Shown here: positions 20,004 through 30,448 of the stretch, in pieces
How positions within the stretch are numbered: position 1 is the stretch's first letter
Layout of the letters: each line of letters starts with the position of its first letter
IMG/VR virus record: IMGVR_UViG_3300044630_004720
Strand: one strand, 5' to 3'
Origin: a virus
Lineage: Duplodnaviria; Caudoviricetes
Length of the DNA stretch: 64,000 nt
The notes under the pieces: model-generated
The model's database searches: none
What the model was told of the DNA's origin: nothing
What the model saw: the letters and a program-made list of their open reading frames with translations, nothing else
Position numbers and translations under genes: made by a program

Positions 20004-20394
20004 TTAATAACTTAATTTCCTTCAAACATACTTTAGTATATTTTTCCTCGTTTCTTCTCGCCTCCCTTTCACAGGGGTGGGTTGAGTAATAGTAGTATTT
20101 CTCGTAATCTCTGTATTTTATTCTTGACTGAAGGTAGTGCGTATATTCGTGAATTGTTGTTGATACGATTTCATCTACAGACTTACAATTAGGAAGGTAT
20201 ATGGTAATCGTATTTCTATAAAAACAATAGTTACCAAAAACAATTGAATTTTTTATCTTTCTATTTTTATCACTAAAATTTACCTTTAATTTTGTACGTT
20301 TTCTTGTATTGATACCGAAGTATGACTTGCACCATTTTAGGGTTTCTAAAACATACTTCTTTTTTATGGTGGTATCAATATTACGTCTATCCAT
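19990..20394 (-). CDS. HExxH zincin/SprT-like protein
   Basis: TIHEYTHYLQ. Confidence 0.65.
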   Translation of the reverse strand: MDRRNIDTTIKKKYVLETLKWCKSYFGINTRKRTKLKVNFSDKNRKIKNSIVFGNYCFYRNTITIYLPNCKSVDEIVSTTIHEYTHYLQSRIKYRDYEKYYYYSTHPCEREARRNEEKYTKVCLKEIKLLIKKP

Positions 20395-20743
20395 TATCCT
20401 TTCTCTCTGGTTTTGTTCTTGGTTGTCTTTTAGTTGGTTTGGTTAATTCCTCTACTGAATCAAAATTGTTTAAAATGTCCTTTAAAATTGCTGCTAATTC
20501 GTAATTTTCGGATTCCTCATTTTTCTTCCATAGTACCGCTAAAAAACTTTTCATTTCCAAATCCGTGAGTTTTGTCTTAAGTCCCACTGAATTCTTCATA
20601 AGTTTGTAGACCATATACTGAACCCCTAATTTCTTATCTGAACTAATCCCAAAATAGTTGTCAAGTTTAATGTGACTTACTATGTTTGAGGTGATGTTGT
20701 CTAAGAAAGAAATAAAGTTAGGATGATTAACGTTTACCTTCAT
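20387..20743 (-). CDS. Hypothetical protein with UVR-like helix
   Basis: ENYELAAILKD; TATTTAT upstream. Confidence 0.65.
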   Translation of the reverse strand: MKVNVNHPNFISFLDNITSNIVSHIKLDNYFGISSDKKLGVQYMVYKLMKNSVGLKTKLTDLEMKSFLAVLWKKNEESENYELAAILKDILNNFDSVEELTKPTKRQPRTKPERKDNG

Positions 20744-20838
20744 AATTCGTTTTTTTAATAAATAGTTTTGGGTAACCTTTTAAAATGAAAAAGGGGGTAA
20801 AAATACCCCCAATTACCGCCAATTTTTTTTTAGTTGTA

Positions 20839-21186
20839 TTATTTTGCCCACTTACCTCTAATCACTATTTGGGCGATAATGTTATATACAGATAAATCTT
20901 GATATGTATCTTGTACACTTTCTCCTACCGTATCCTCCTTACCCAATAGGACTAATTGTTTAAGTCTTTGGATTTTATCGTTCATTCTGAACCATAATCC
21001 TGTTTGGGATAATTTAATCTCTTCAGGGGTTTCTAATCTTGTTCCAACAGAGATATTATCAGGGCCGTAGTTTAATTGCTTCCTACAGAAAATTTCGTAT
21101 TGTTCTTTAAGGATTTTTTTAAATTCTGCGGTAGTTTCGGGATATTTTTCCTCACAAAGTTTGATTGGGTTTACTTGTTCTGACAT
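20839..21186 (-). CDS. DUF1599/Nmad1-like nucleotide-modification-associated protein
   Basis: KQLNYGPDNI...RMNDKIQRL...DTYQDLSVY. Confidence 0.7.
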   Translation of the reverse strand: MSEQVNPIKLCEEKYPETTAEFKKILKEQYEIFCRKQLNYGPDNISVGTRLETPEEIKLSQTGLWFRMNDKIQRLKQLVLLGKEDTVGESVQDTYQDLSVYNIIAQIVIRGKWAK

Positions 21187-21262
21187 AGTTTTTTCTTTTA
21201 TATTTAAAATATAGGAAATTTAAACCATAAAACCAAATATTTATTAATAAATCCGTTATTAT

Positions 21263-21511
21263 ATGGCATCCGACGCATACAAACAAATGAAATCGTCCGG
21301 TATTGATTCCGACGACTCGAAACCAAAACACAAGAAGTTAATACAAATGTTATCTTTTAGGGTTGTTCCTGCATATTATGAAGAAATCGAAAAGGTTGCT
21401 AATAATCAAAAGACAACCGTATCTAAATTAATACGTAATTATATCAAAGAAGGAATGAAAAGAGACGGCGAACTTAGTGACCGTGAAGAAAAAGAATTTG
21501 GATTAGATTAA
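21263..21511 (+). CDS. Ribbon-helix-helix-like DNA-binding protein
   Basis: SFRV...EIEKVA...TVSKLIRNYI. Confidence 0.55.
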   Translation: MASDAYKQMKSSGIDSDDSKPKHKKLIQMLSFRVVPAYYEEIEKVANNQKTTVSKLIRNYIKEGMKRDGELSDREEKEFGLD

Positions 21512-22576
21512 TCACTTATCAAATCTCCTAAAGGAACTCTGACTTATAAGATTAAATTTCACTCCACCAATAAAATGGTGGAGTTCTTTTTTATCGGTAT
21601 AACTCATTGCAGATTTAAGGTAATCCTCAAAATTCTTTACCCATCCATCTAATGTGTATTCTACCTTGTGTTTACGAACAACTCCTTCTGACGTTGTTAA
21701 TTCCTCCTTACCCCAAGATTTTTGTACGTCTTTTGTACTCATACCCCTAAATGTCTTATATAGATTGAGTTCCCCGTGGAACATTGTTTTAGCGTCTTCG
21801 TGGTATTGATTTATTTTTGTCCCCTCATCATTAATCGTATCACCCGCACTTTCCAAACATTTATTTAAAATCGAACCCAACATAACATAATCCGCACCTA
21901 ATGCTAAACCCTTAATGATGTCAGAGTATTTTTTGAATCCTCCATCGGCAATTATTTCAGTTTTATATGGTGACTGAATACCCATAAAATTTCTTTTTCG
22001 TTGGATGTCACAACATTCCTTGATTAATGACGCCATTGGGTATCCCACACCTGTTTGGACAGTTGTTAAACAACCATTACCATTACCGATACCGATTCTC
22101 ACCATATCAACATTAATGTTACAGTATTTTTGAAAAGTTTCGGGGGTCGCAACATTACCAACCATTAAACACATAGAATACCCATACCTTTTTTTAGCTT
22201 CTTTTGCCATTTCGTATAGAACTTCCATATGTCCATTTGCCACGTCAATTAAAGATAAAATCCGACTACCGTTCGACACATTTACCTTATTTTGTAGGAA
22301 AATCTTTTCGAAATCCTGTAAACTATAGGATAAGAAAATGTTAGTGTCCACCCAATCACTATTGGGGTTTTGTATTCTTGGTAAAACGGGTAAAATACCC
22401 TTCTTTTTAAATAAATGAAAATTGTTTTCTCCCACTACGGTATCCATCGGAGCAGTCATAAGTGGAAGCTCACCATATATGTTTCTCGAATTAATTTCAC
22501 TTCTCGACTTAATTTTAGAAATAGTTGCTGGTTCGATTAGTAAATCATCAAAATCATAAAGTGTTCTATTTTCCAT
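21512..22576 (-). CDS. IMP dehydrogenase / GMP reductase family protein without CBS domains
   Basis: APMDTV; GNVAT; GIGNGNGCLT catalytic loop; IIADGG; GADYVMLGS; FRGMS. Confidence 0.88.
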   Translation of the reverse strand: MENRTLYDFDDLLIEPATISKIKSRSEINSRNIYGELPLMTAPMDTVVGENNFHLFKKKGILPVLPRIQNPNSDWVDTNIFLSYSLQDFEKIFLQNKVNVSNGSRILSLIDVANGHMEVLYEMAKEAKKRYGYSMCLMVGNVATPETFQKYCNINVDMVRIGIGNGNGCLTTVQTGVGYPMASLIKECCDIQRKRNFMGIQSPYKTEIIADGGFKKYSDIIKGLALGADYVMLGSILNKCLESAGDTINDEGTKINQYHEDAKTMFHGELNLYKTFRGMSTKDVQKSWGKEELTTSEGVVRKHKVEYTLDGWVKNFEDYLKSAMSYTDKKELHHFIGGVKFNLISQSSFRRFDK

Positions 22577-22654
22577 AGTATTGTTGTTTCTGATTGAAAT
22601 ATAAGAAAAAAGGACGAGATAAAAAAATCAATTTGACTGAGTATTTATATTAAT

Positions 22655-22984
22655 ATGGAAAAGTTAATCATCACAGAGGCACAGGTAAAGGATGTGTTGA
22701 GTCGTATTTTAAATGAAGAATCTTCAAAAGTTAGAAGAGAGGAAATTAATAGGGTACAATTCAAAATAGATGAATTACAAAACTCACTAAATGACACACT
22801 TAAGGAATTAAGAAAACTTGATGATTGTGTACCATCTGGGTTAAAGAGCGTTTGTAACAGTAGGGTTAATGGGATATCATCCAATTTAAATTCTGCACAG
22901 AAAATATTAACTCAATTAAAAGAGAAAATCAAAAGCCATAAGAAATCTTTATATTCCCAAAGTATAGAAGAAAAGAAGAAATAA
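22655..22984 (+). CDS. Coiled-coil protein with MEKLIITEAQV motif
   Basis: TATTTAT at 22642; shared peptide. Confidence 0.75.
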   Translation: MEKLIITEAQVKDVLSRILNEESSKVRREEINRVQFKIDELQNSLNDTLKELRKLDDCVPSGLKSVCNSRVNGISSNLNSAQKILTQLKEKIKSHKKSLYSQSIEEKKK

Positions 22985-23347
22985 CTATTCGTTATTGTTT
23001 ATATATTTTTTCCCTTTTTTAGTTAAGAAGAACATTTCTTCGGTAGTATTGTCCTCATAAGAATCGATGTAACCCATCTTCTTCAAATCGTAGAGAACAC
23101 TTCCCGCGGCAATCTCTCTTAACATTTTTTCAAATTCAGGCTCATCGAACAATGGGGGAGAATCTTCACCAATGTCTAATTGACCTTTAATAAACTTTTC
23201 AGTGAATAGTTCATTTAGATAACTTTTTGCGTATGTTAAATCCTCAATTTCGTAGTCTTTAAAGAATTCAGCCTCTTCTAAACCTTTAATTAGGTTTTCA
23301 GTATGTTCTAACACTACTGGTTGATATGTTGGTTTTTTAGAATCCAT
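22985..23347 (-). CDS. Hypothetical protein
   Basis: 120-aa ORF. Confidence 0.7.
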   Translation of the reverse strand: MDSKKPTYQPVVLEHTENLIKGLEEAEFFKDYEIEDLTYAKSYLNELFTEKFIKGQLDIGEDSPPLFDEPEFEKMLREIAAGSVLYDLKKMGYIDSYEDNTTEEMFFLTKKGKKYINNNE

Positions 23348-23453
23348 ATGGTCGTTTTTTTAAAATATAAACAAAAAAAATTAAAATAAAAAATGACCAA
23401 TTAACATTTGATAATCTTGGTTAAAATTGTTATATTTTTAAAAAAAGTAAGAA

Positions 23454-24707
23454 ATGAATTCAGATAAAATTTTTGTACAAATTGCCTCTTATAGAGACCC
23501 GCAACTAATCCCAACCATTGAGGATATGATTCATAAAGCCAAAGAACCTTGGAATTTAGTCTTTGGTATTTGTTGGCAATACGATGAAACGGAAGATGTT
23601 GACAGATATGATGGTAGTCCACAATTTAGAGTAAGTAAACATCATTATAGTGAAAGTCAAGGATTAGGTTGGGCTCGTAATATAACAAACACACTTTACG
23701 GAGGTGAAAAATATACGCTTCAAATTGATTCTCACCACAGGTTTGTGGAAAATTGGGATGAACTTGTTTTAAGGGATTACAATCAAGCGTTAATGGTTTC
23801 AGATAAACCAATTATCACAACATATTGTACACCGTTTGACCCAACGAAAGATGAATCAACTTGGAACCCTGTTCCTTGCTTAATGTCACAGTATGAATTT
23901 AGTAGCGATAGATTGTTAATGAGTATGCCTTGGTATATTCAAGATTACCAAAAAAGGAAAAGAGTAATTAAAGCAAGAACTATCAGTGGACATTTTTATT
24001 TTACAAGTGGTGATTTTGTTAAAGAAGTTCCTTATGACCCTGAAATTTATTTTGGTGGGTACACAGAAGAAACTACTTTAAGTCTTAGAGCTTTTACTAA
24101 CGGATATGATTTCTTTAGTCCGTACCAAATGATTATGTGGCACGAATATACAAGAAGTTATCGACCAAAACATTGGGATGACCACGGAAAAGAAAGTGAA
24201 ACCAAAAAGACAAGTGGTGAAAGAGACATTCACGCACGTAACAAAACAAGACAGATGTTTGGAACTCAGGATTATGGAATTGATTTAGGTATCTATGATA
24301 TAGGTTCTGTGAGAACATTACACGACTATGAAGAGTACGGAGGATTCGATTTTAAAAAATGCGTAATCCAAGATTACACATTAAAAGTTAATGAACCACC
24401 AAATCCACTTCCTTGGGAAGAAGGATTCATTAAAAAAACTCATACAGTAACTTGTGAATGGGATATTGACTTCTTCAAAAATTTTGAATTTACAAAACCG
24501 AAGTTTTTAACTTTTGGTGTTATGGATAACAAAGACCAAGAATTATATAGAAAAGATTTTACCATAGAGTCGGAACCACAATATGTTAATTTGGAAAATA
24601 ACAAATACTCTTTTGAGCTAGATTCGATTGAAAAACCTAAAAAAATTGTAATGTTTTTATTTGATGAAGATAAGCTATGGAGTAATAGATATGAAAAAGT
24701 ATTATAA
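23454..24707 (+). CDS. GlcNAc-transferase-like glycosyltransferase (Skp1-HyPro GlcNAcT family)
   Basis: IFVQIASYRDPQL; LQIDSHHRF; LSLRAFTNGYD. Confidence 0.8.
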   Translation: MNSDKIFVQIASYRDPQLIPTIEDMIHKAKEPWNLVFGICWQYDETEDVDRYDGSPQFRVSKHHYSESQGLGWARNITNTLYGGEKYTLQIDSHHRFVENWDELVLRDYNQALMVSDKPIITTYCTPFDPTKDESTWNPVPCLMSQYEFSSDRLLMSMPWYIQDYQKRKRVIKARTISGHFYFTSGDFVKEVPYDPEIYFGGYTEETTLSLRAFTNGYDFFSPYQMIMWHEYTRSYRPKHWDDHGKESETKKTSGERDIHARNKTRQMFGTQDYGIDLGIYDIGSVRTLHDYEEYGGFDFKKCVIQDYTLKVNEPPNPLPWEEGFIKKTHTVTCEWDIDFFKNFEFTKPKFLTFGVMDNKDQELYRKDFTIESEPQYVNLENNKYSFELDSIEKPKKIVMFLFDEDKLWSNRYEKVL

Positions 24708-25906
24708 TGAGAATAGCAGTTATTGTAATTGGTAATAGTAGAAGGAGTAATTACCTTAATGGTCAGACTTTTAGATATGGTAATGCGGGAGGTTCTGGTA
24801 CTGATGGAAGTTCAATTTTAGTTTCTGAATATCTAGCAAAACAGGGACACGAAGTAGTTTTTGTTACCGATAAATTAGAACCACAACTTGAGAGTCAATA
24901 CAAAAGTAGAGGGATTGAATACATTCCAGGTAAAGAATATTATGGTGTAAAATATACGAATATTGAATTTGACGGAATTGAAAATAAAGAATTCGATATT
25001 CTAATCAGTATGTTATGGTTTCACGACTATAAATCCTTACCAATTAAAGTTACGAAGAGTGTAATTTATTGGTCACATATGCAATGGATATATGGTATCG
25101 AAGAATTAACAAATTACGTAAAAGATAATAATTTGTCATTAGGTTTTATACACATTTCAGAATGGGAAAAAGAAATGACAAAGAATATTGTTGAGTCGGT
25201 GAAGACAAGGTTTAATTTTGTTGGATTGGAGCTCCCTAAAAAAATTAAATCAGCATTAATTCCGAACCCTATATTAGATGAAATGGTAACCGAGGTATTG
25301 GAATCAAATCCAATTAGAAAACCTCATAAATTTATATTTCACGCAGCGTGGGCAAGAGGTGGCAATGTTGCAGTAGAGGCGGTTAGACAATTAAATTTTG
25401 AAGATAGTGAGTTCCACGCATTTGACTATCTAATGGCGACTCATAGTCATAAAGATAGTTTTTTCAACTTACATAATGGTGTCGATAAAAAAACTTTATT
25501 TACCAATTTAGCGGAAAGTGAATATTTTATTTATCCACTATACACCCCATATCAAGATGTACATAAAGATACTTTTTCTTGTGTTGTTGCCGAAGCGATA
25601 TCATTAGGTGCTATAGTTGTAACATATCCATTGGGTGCGTTACCTGAAAATTTTGAGGGGTATTGTGTGTGGTTAGATTTTCCCGAGGGAGTGGATGTCC
25701 AAAAAATACAATCAGAGGCGTTAACGAAAGATTTAGATGGTAAATTCACAATAACTCATAATATAGTTGAAAAAATAAAATTTTTAGAAGAAAATCCACA
25801 AATAAAAGAATCCATTCGAGCAAAAGGAAAAGAATATATTTTAGATAAGTTCAACGTGAATAAGATTGGTGAGATGTGGGTTAATTTTATAAATGAATTA
25901 TTATAA
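24707..25906 (+). CDS. GT-B (GT4-like) glycosyltransferase
   Basis: DTFSCVVAEAISLGAIVVTYPLGALPE. Confidence 0.8.
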   Translation: MRIAVIVIGNSRRSNYLNGQTFRYGNAGGSGTDGSSILVSEYLAKQGHEVVFVTDKLEPQLESQYKSRGIEYIPGKEYYGVKYTNIEFDGIENKEFDILISMLWFHDYKSLPIKVTKSVIYWSHMQWIYGIEELTNYVKDNNLSLGFIHISEWEKEMTKNIVESVKTRFNFVGLELPKKIKSALIPNPILDEMVTEVLESNPIRKPHKFIFHAAWARGGNVAVEAVRQLNFEDSEFHAFDYLMATHSHKDSFFNLHNGVDKKTLFTNLAESEYFIYPLYTPYQDVHKDTFSCVVAEAISLGAIVVTYPLGALPENFEGYCVWLDFPEGVDVQKIQSEALTKDLDGKFTITHNIVEKIKFLEENPQIKESIRAKGKEYILDKFNVNKIGEMWVNFINELL

Positions 25907-26541
25907 TGCAAGATACTTTAGTAGTAGTTTCAAAATATAGTGAAGATGTTGAATGGGTTAAAAAAATAAAATATCCGTGTTTGATTTATGATAAATCGAG
26001 TACACCAGTTGAGTCATCTATTCACAGACCAAATATTGGTAGAGAGGCAGAAACACTTTTATATTACATAATCACAAACTATAATTCATTACCGAATAAA
26101 ACAATTTTTTTACAAGGAGACCCAAGGTCAAACCCTGTTACGTACACATACGACGAGGTAATTAATGAAGTTAACAAAGAGCACGACAATAGTCTAAAAA
26201 CAATATTAACTTGGGAAGGTCATACAGACATCAATCAATATTGGTTGAAGACTTGTGGTATATTGAATTCTTTATTATTTGAAGGGGATTCGATGGTAAA
26301 GTATTCAAGTGGGGTTCAGTATGTAATACCAAAAGACGTAATTTTAAATAGACCGATTGATTTGTACATTACTTTACATATGTTAGTTGTTAAATTCGGT
26401 CACAAGGGTCTAATTGCAAATTTAGATAACTTAAATGGTGGTATTGACGCTTGGACGATGGAACTTGTTTGGGGGTCGATATTTAATATAAATAAAAAAT
26501 TAAAAGAAAATTATGCAACACAATTATACTCACTTTTATAA
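25906..26541 (+). CDS. DUF3431-family protein (second copy)
   Basis: VVSKYSEDVEW; PNIGREAETLLYYIITNYNSLP..IFLQG. Confidence 0.7.
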   Translation: MQDTLVVVSKYSEDVEWVKKIKYPCLIYDKSSTPVESSIHRPNIGREAETLLYYIITNYNSLPNKTIFLQGDPRSNPVTYTYDEVINEVNKEHDNSLKTILTWEGHTDINQYWLKTCGILNSLLFEGDSMVKYSSGVQYVIPKDVILNRPIDLYITLHMLVVKFGHKGLIANLDNLNGGIDAWTMELVWGSIFNINKKLKENYATQLYSLL

Positions 26542-27226
26542 AACAATTCACAACGACTACCAAATTCCTCCACACAATGAAAAATATTTAGAAGGAATTA
26601 AAACTGTTCATAATTTCGAACCTACCGTCATTTATGATATTGGAGCTGCGGTTTTGCATTGGGCAAAATTCGGTAAAAAAATATATCCAAATGCAAAAAT
26701 AATTGCATTCGAAGCGGTGAAAGAAGTTCAAGAATTTTATGATGATTACGGAATTGATTACCATTTAGATGTGTTAGGAGATGAGGACAACAAAGAAATT
26801 ACTTTCTATGAACACCCAATTTATTTAGGTGGTAATTCTTATTATAAAGAGAATTCAAAGTATTCAAAAATTGCTGATGACATTTACAATGAAGAACATC
26901 AAGTAACTCGTAAAATGAGAACTATTGATTCAATAGTGAAAGAAAGAAACTTTCCATTACCCGATATGATTAAAATAGATGTGCAGGGTTGTGAGTTAGA
27001 TGTTTTAAAGGGAATGACTGAAACATTAAAAAACGTACAACACATTTTAGTTGAACTTCAAATGGTGGAATATAATATTGGTGCAAAAACAACCAAAGAT
27101 TCAATACCATTTATTGAAAGTTTAGGTTTCGAATTACAACCCGTTGGTTTAATCAATGAAGGGGATAGAAATCTTTACTATTGCGGTAATGGTCCCGATG
27201 CGGACTATCATTTTAAAAGAAAATAA
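26513..27226 (+). CDS. FkbM-family methyltransferase
   Basis: IYDIGA; PDMIKIDVQGCELDVLKG. Confidence 0.88.
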   Translation: MQHNYTHFYKTIHNDYQIPPHNEKYLEGIKTVHNFEPTVIYDIGAAVLHWAKFGKKIYPNAKIIAFEAVKEVQEFYDDYGIDYHLDVLGDEDNKEITFYEHPIYLGGNSYYKENSKYSKIADDIYNEEHQVTRKMRTIDSIVKERNFPLPDMIKIDVQGCELDVLKGMTETLKNVQHILVELQMVEYNIGAKTTKDSIPFIESLGFELQPVGLINEGDRNLYYCGNGPDADYHFKRK

Positions 27227-27227
27227 T

Positions 27228-28316
27228 ATGTATGATTATTTAATTGTCGGTGCAGGAATTTATGGTTCTGTATTTGCTAGAGAATTAACTAATGCCGGTA
27301 AAAAAGTTTTAGTAATTGACAAACGAAACCACATCGGCGGAAATTGTTATACTGAAAACATTGAGGGGATAAATGTCCACAAATATGGTCCCCACATATT
27401 TCACACATCAGATAAACGCGTGTGGGATTATGTTAATAATTTAGTACCATTCAACCATTTTAGTTATAGACCTAAAATAAAATATAAAGACAACATTTAT
27501 TCGTTACCGATTAATATGATGTCTCTTTATCAAGTATATGGTGTTAAAACACCTGAAGAAGCAAAACAAAAATTAGATGAAGTAAAAATACCAAATGAAA
27601 AACCGTCTAATTTAGAAGAATGGATATTGTCTCAGGTCGGACCTGAATTGTATGAAATTTTTATAAAAGGTTATACAACTAAACAATGGGGAAGAGACCC
27701 TAAGTTGTTGCCATCATTTATAATCAAACGTTTACCAATTAGATTAACATTTGACGACAATTATTATTTTGACAATTATCAAGGTATCCCAATAGGGGGA
27801 TACACCAAAATATTTGAAAAGTTATTGGACGGGATTGAAGTTAGATTAGACACGGATTTTTTTGAACAAAAAGAATATTTCGAATCAATATCAACAAAGG
27901 TTTTATACACGGGACCGATTGATAGATTTTACGATTATAGATTTGGTAAATTAGAATATCGTAGTTTACATTTTGAAAATGAAGTATTAAGTGTTTCTGA
28001 CTTTCAAGGAATTGCGGGAATGAATTATGGAGATGTTGATGTTCCATACACCAGAATCATTGAACATAAACATTTTGAATTTGGTGAACAACCAAAAACG
28101 GTAATTACGAAAGAATATCCGAGAAATGAAGGTGAGCCGTATTATCCTGTAAATGATACCACAAACAATGATAGATATAATCAATATAAAGAATTGATGT
28201 CAATGGAAAATAAGTATTTGTTTGGTGGTAGATTGGCGGATTATAAGTATTATGATATGCACCAAGTATTTGCATCTGCATTGAAAAGGTCAAAAGTAGA
28301 AATTGATAGTATTTAA
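27228..28316 (+). CDS. glf: UDP-galactopyranose mutase
   Basis: YDYLIVGAG; HKYGPHIFHT; EPYYPV; GRLADYKYYDMHQ. Confidence 0.95.
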   Translation: MYDYLIVGAGIYGSVFARELTNAGKKVLVIDKRNHIGGNCYTENIEGINVHKYGPHIFHTSDKRVWDYVNNLVPFNHFSYRPKIKYKDNIYSLPINMMSLYQVYGVKTPEEAKQKLDEVKIPNEKPSNLEEWILSQVGPELYEIFIKGYTTKQWGRDPKLLPSFIIKRLPIRLTFDDNYYFDNYQGIPIGGYTKIFEKLLDGIEVRLDTDFFEQKEYFESISTKVLYTGPIDRFYDYRFGKLEYRSLHFENEVLSVSDFQGIAGMNYGDVDVPYTRIIEHKHFEFGEQPKTVITKEYPRNEGEPYYPVNDTTNNDRYNQYKELMSMENKYLFGGRLADYKYYDMHQVFASALKRSKVEIDSI

Positions 28317-28369
28317 TATAAACGGGATTAAATTCCATAATCATATAAACCCCTTATAGATGGACCCTG

Positions 28370-28615
28370 ATGGTGAACAGAATCAAAAAATTAAAAGACA
28401 AAAACAAGAGATTAGTATTTTACAAAGATACATCTCTAATGTTAGCGATGTTCTTTCTACCTCTTGGATACGATGCACTATTCAAGCTGATGATGGAAGT
28501 GACAGGTTCGTATTGGGGAGCAGACGCTATCTTCTACTCAATTTCAGGATGTTTTTGGTTGTCTTATATCTTGCTTACGAGACACTTAAATAAAAAAGAA
28601 AACCTCCTAAGTTAG
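28370..28615 (+). CDS. Small two-TM membrane protein
   Basis: Two hydrophobic segments; terminator at 28599-28626. Confidence 0.6.
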   Translation: MVNRIKKLKDKNKRLVFYKDTSLMLAMFFLPLGYDALFKLMMEVTGSYWGADAIFYSISGCFWLSYILLTRHLNKKENLLS

Positions 28616-28737
28616 GAGGTTTTTTTATTTTGTACTGGCTTCTGTAATCCTTTTTTAAGTTCTTCTTTTTTTTGATTAGCATTTTTTGTTGCCTCTTTGT
28701 GTTTTTCGAGGATTTTCTTTTTTTCCTCTTCTTTCAT
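28612..28737 (-). CDS. 41-aa Lys/Glu-rich protein, absent from the ORF track
   Basis: Manual translation MKEEEKKKILEKHKEATKNANQKKEELKKGLQKPVQNKKTS. Confidence 0.55.
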   Translation of the reverse strand: MKEEEKKKILEKHKEATKNANQKKEELKKGLQKPVQNKKTS

Positions 28738-28758
28738 ATTTAAAACTGACATATTACT

Positions 28759-29076
28759 TTAGTTTAGTTTTGGTGAGATTATTAAATTTATTGCTTCTTC
28801 TTTTTTACTTTTTAATGTAAAACATTTTTCATACTCTTCTCTCTCTACTAATATACCAATTAGAACATCGACAATTTCAATAAAAAGTTCTAAATCGTTG
28901 TTGTATGAGAGTATCGTACATTTATTAAGATAATCGTTTAAAATGTCATTGTCAATGGCAACCATAAAATCATAAATCATTTTTAATTCATCTTCATCGT
29001 AATTACCAACGTGTAATACTCTGGTTGCCTGTAGTAAAAAGTTTAAGGTGGACATATTTGATAAATAGTCATTCAC
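28759..29076 (-). CDS. Hypothetical protein with UVR-like C-terminus
   Basis: EREEYEKCFTLK. Confidence 0.65.
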   Translation of the reverse strand: MNDYLSNMSTLNFLLQATRVLHVGNYDEDELKMIYDFMVAIDNDILNDYLNKCTILSYNNDLELFIEIVDVLIGILVEREEYEKCFTLKSKKEEAINLIISPKLN

Positions 29077-29392
29077 AATCTCTAATACATTTATCTAACA
29101 TTTTAAAACAATGTAAGAATCCTTCTTCCTCACATTCTTCTCTTGATTTTTTTGAATTTTCTCCGGGACCTAAACTAACCCCATTATGTAGACTTATCGT
29201 GTAATTCCAAATATTCTTATTGTATCTTTCGATTAGTAAGTACATACCCTCCTTGTCAAAAAAATAGTATAATTTTTTTGTATCGTAATAATAAAGTGTT
29301 GATAGACTTACGATACCTGTGTTTGGGAACATACTCTTCGCAAATCTTTCGAACGCATCGGGGTACAAATATTTAATTGTATACCAGTCCAT
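29069..29392 (-). CDS. Hypothetical protein
   Basis: 107-aa ORF coupled to the next gene. Confidence 0.7.
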   Translation of the reverse strand: MDWYTIKYLYPDAFERFAKSMFPNTGIVSLSTLYYYDTKKLYYFFDKEGMYLLIERYNKNIWNYTISLHNGVSLGPGENSKKSREECEEEGFLHCFKMLDKCIRDCE

Positions 29393-29439
29393 ACTATTAA
29401 GTATGATAAAAAGTCAATAAATTGTATATTTATATTTGT

Positions 29440-30156
29440 ATGAGACTTAAATTAACCGAAGAACAATTACACAACCTATATAGAGGACTTGATTTAGTCG
29501 AGCAATCTTCAGCATCGGGTACTACAACCGGTCAAACATTAAATCCATCTACGGGAACTAATGTCGATAATGAAAAAATGGAGAAGGATTCACCAAACCT
29601 TTCAAAATTTTTAAAGTTATTGGCTAACCCACTCGCAACAGTTGCAGGTGCACTGGGAGCGGATGGGTCAAAAGGTAGTGGTTATGCAGGTGGGGGAGAC
29701 GCCCAATTTGCTGCTAACATACCGACAGGTACAGATTTAATGCACCCGCTAGGTCCAACATATAAAGTAACAAGTGGATTCGGTATGAGAAATTTAGGTG
29801 GGAGTGCGTCTCAAAATCATAAAGGAGTAGATATTGGGGCACCTGTGGGTACACCCATTTATGCACCCGCAGACGGAAAAGTAATAAGGGCCGGTGATAC
29901 CACGCCAAATGGTTGTGGTGGATTTATTAAATTAGACCATAGAGGGGCTGGACTACAAACAAAATATTGTCATTGTTCAAAATGGGTTGTAAAAGGTGGT
30001 GAAGATGTTAAAAAAGGACAACTTATTGGATATACTGGAGGAGCAAAAGGTGCACAATTTGCAGGTAATTCAATGGGACCACACTTACACTATGAAGTAC
30101 TGGATTCTGGAGGGATTGCATTTAATCCGAAAAAGGTCCACTCAAATATGGCGTAA
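29440..30156 (+). CDS. M23-family peptidoglycan peptidase with MRLKLTEEQL N-terminus
   Basis: HKGVDIG..GTPIYAPADG; YCH; GNSMGPHLHYEV. Confidence 0.9.
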   Translation: MRLKLTEEQLHNLYRGLDLVEQSSASGTTTGQTLNPSTGTNVDNEKMEKDSPNLSKFLKLLANPLATVAGALGADGSKGSGYAGGGDAQFAANIPTGTDLMHPLGPTYKVTSGFGMRNLGGSASQNHKGVDIGAPVGTPIYAPADGKVIRAGDTTPNGCGGFIKLDHRGAGLQTKYCHCSKWVVKGGEDVKKGQLIGYTGGAKGAQFAGNSMGPHLHYEVLDSGGIAFNPKKVHSNMA

Positions 30157-30197
30157 CTTTTCAATTTTTACACAATACTTATCATTGTTTACCAACA

Positions 30198-30437
30198 ATG
30201 ACAATACACGAATTTTATTACAACGAACATAGTAGGAGACTGTACGTTGAATTTTCAACAAAGGAGGATAGTGACAAGTTTTATAGAATTTTAGAACTTG
30301 ATTATGACGATATCGAATACTATTCGCCCGAAATAATAGATGAGTCCGATATGGATGATATTGATGAGAATTTTGTTAAAGACTTAGTAAATCAGTACCT
30401 TAAAGAAAACGATTTACCAAGTGAAACAATTTTGTGA
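30198..30437 (+). CDS. Acidic hypothetical protein
   Basis: 79-aa ORF. Confidence 0.7.
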   Translation: MTIHEFYYNEHSRRLYVEFSTKEDSDKFYRILELDYDDIEYYSPEIIDESDMDDIDENFVKDLVNQYLKENDLPSETIL

Positions 30438-30448
30438 TATTTATTATT

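Noticed and set aside
29431-29438. Exact TATATTTG host-type promoter match
   Set aside because: It ends 1 nt before the ATG and overlaps a TATTTAT motif, which explains the site better.
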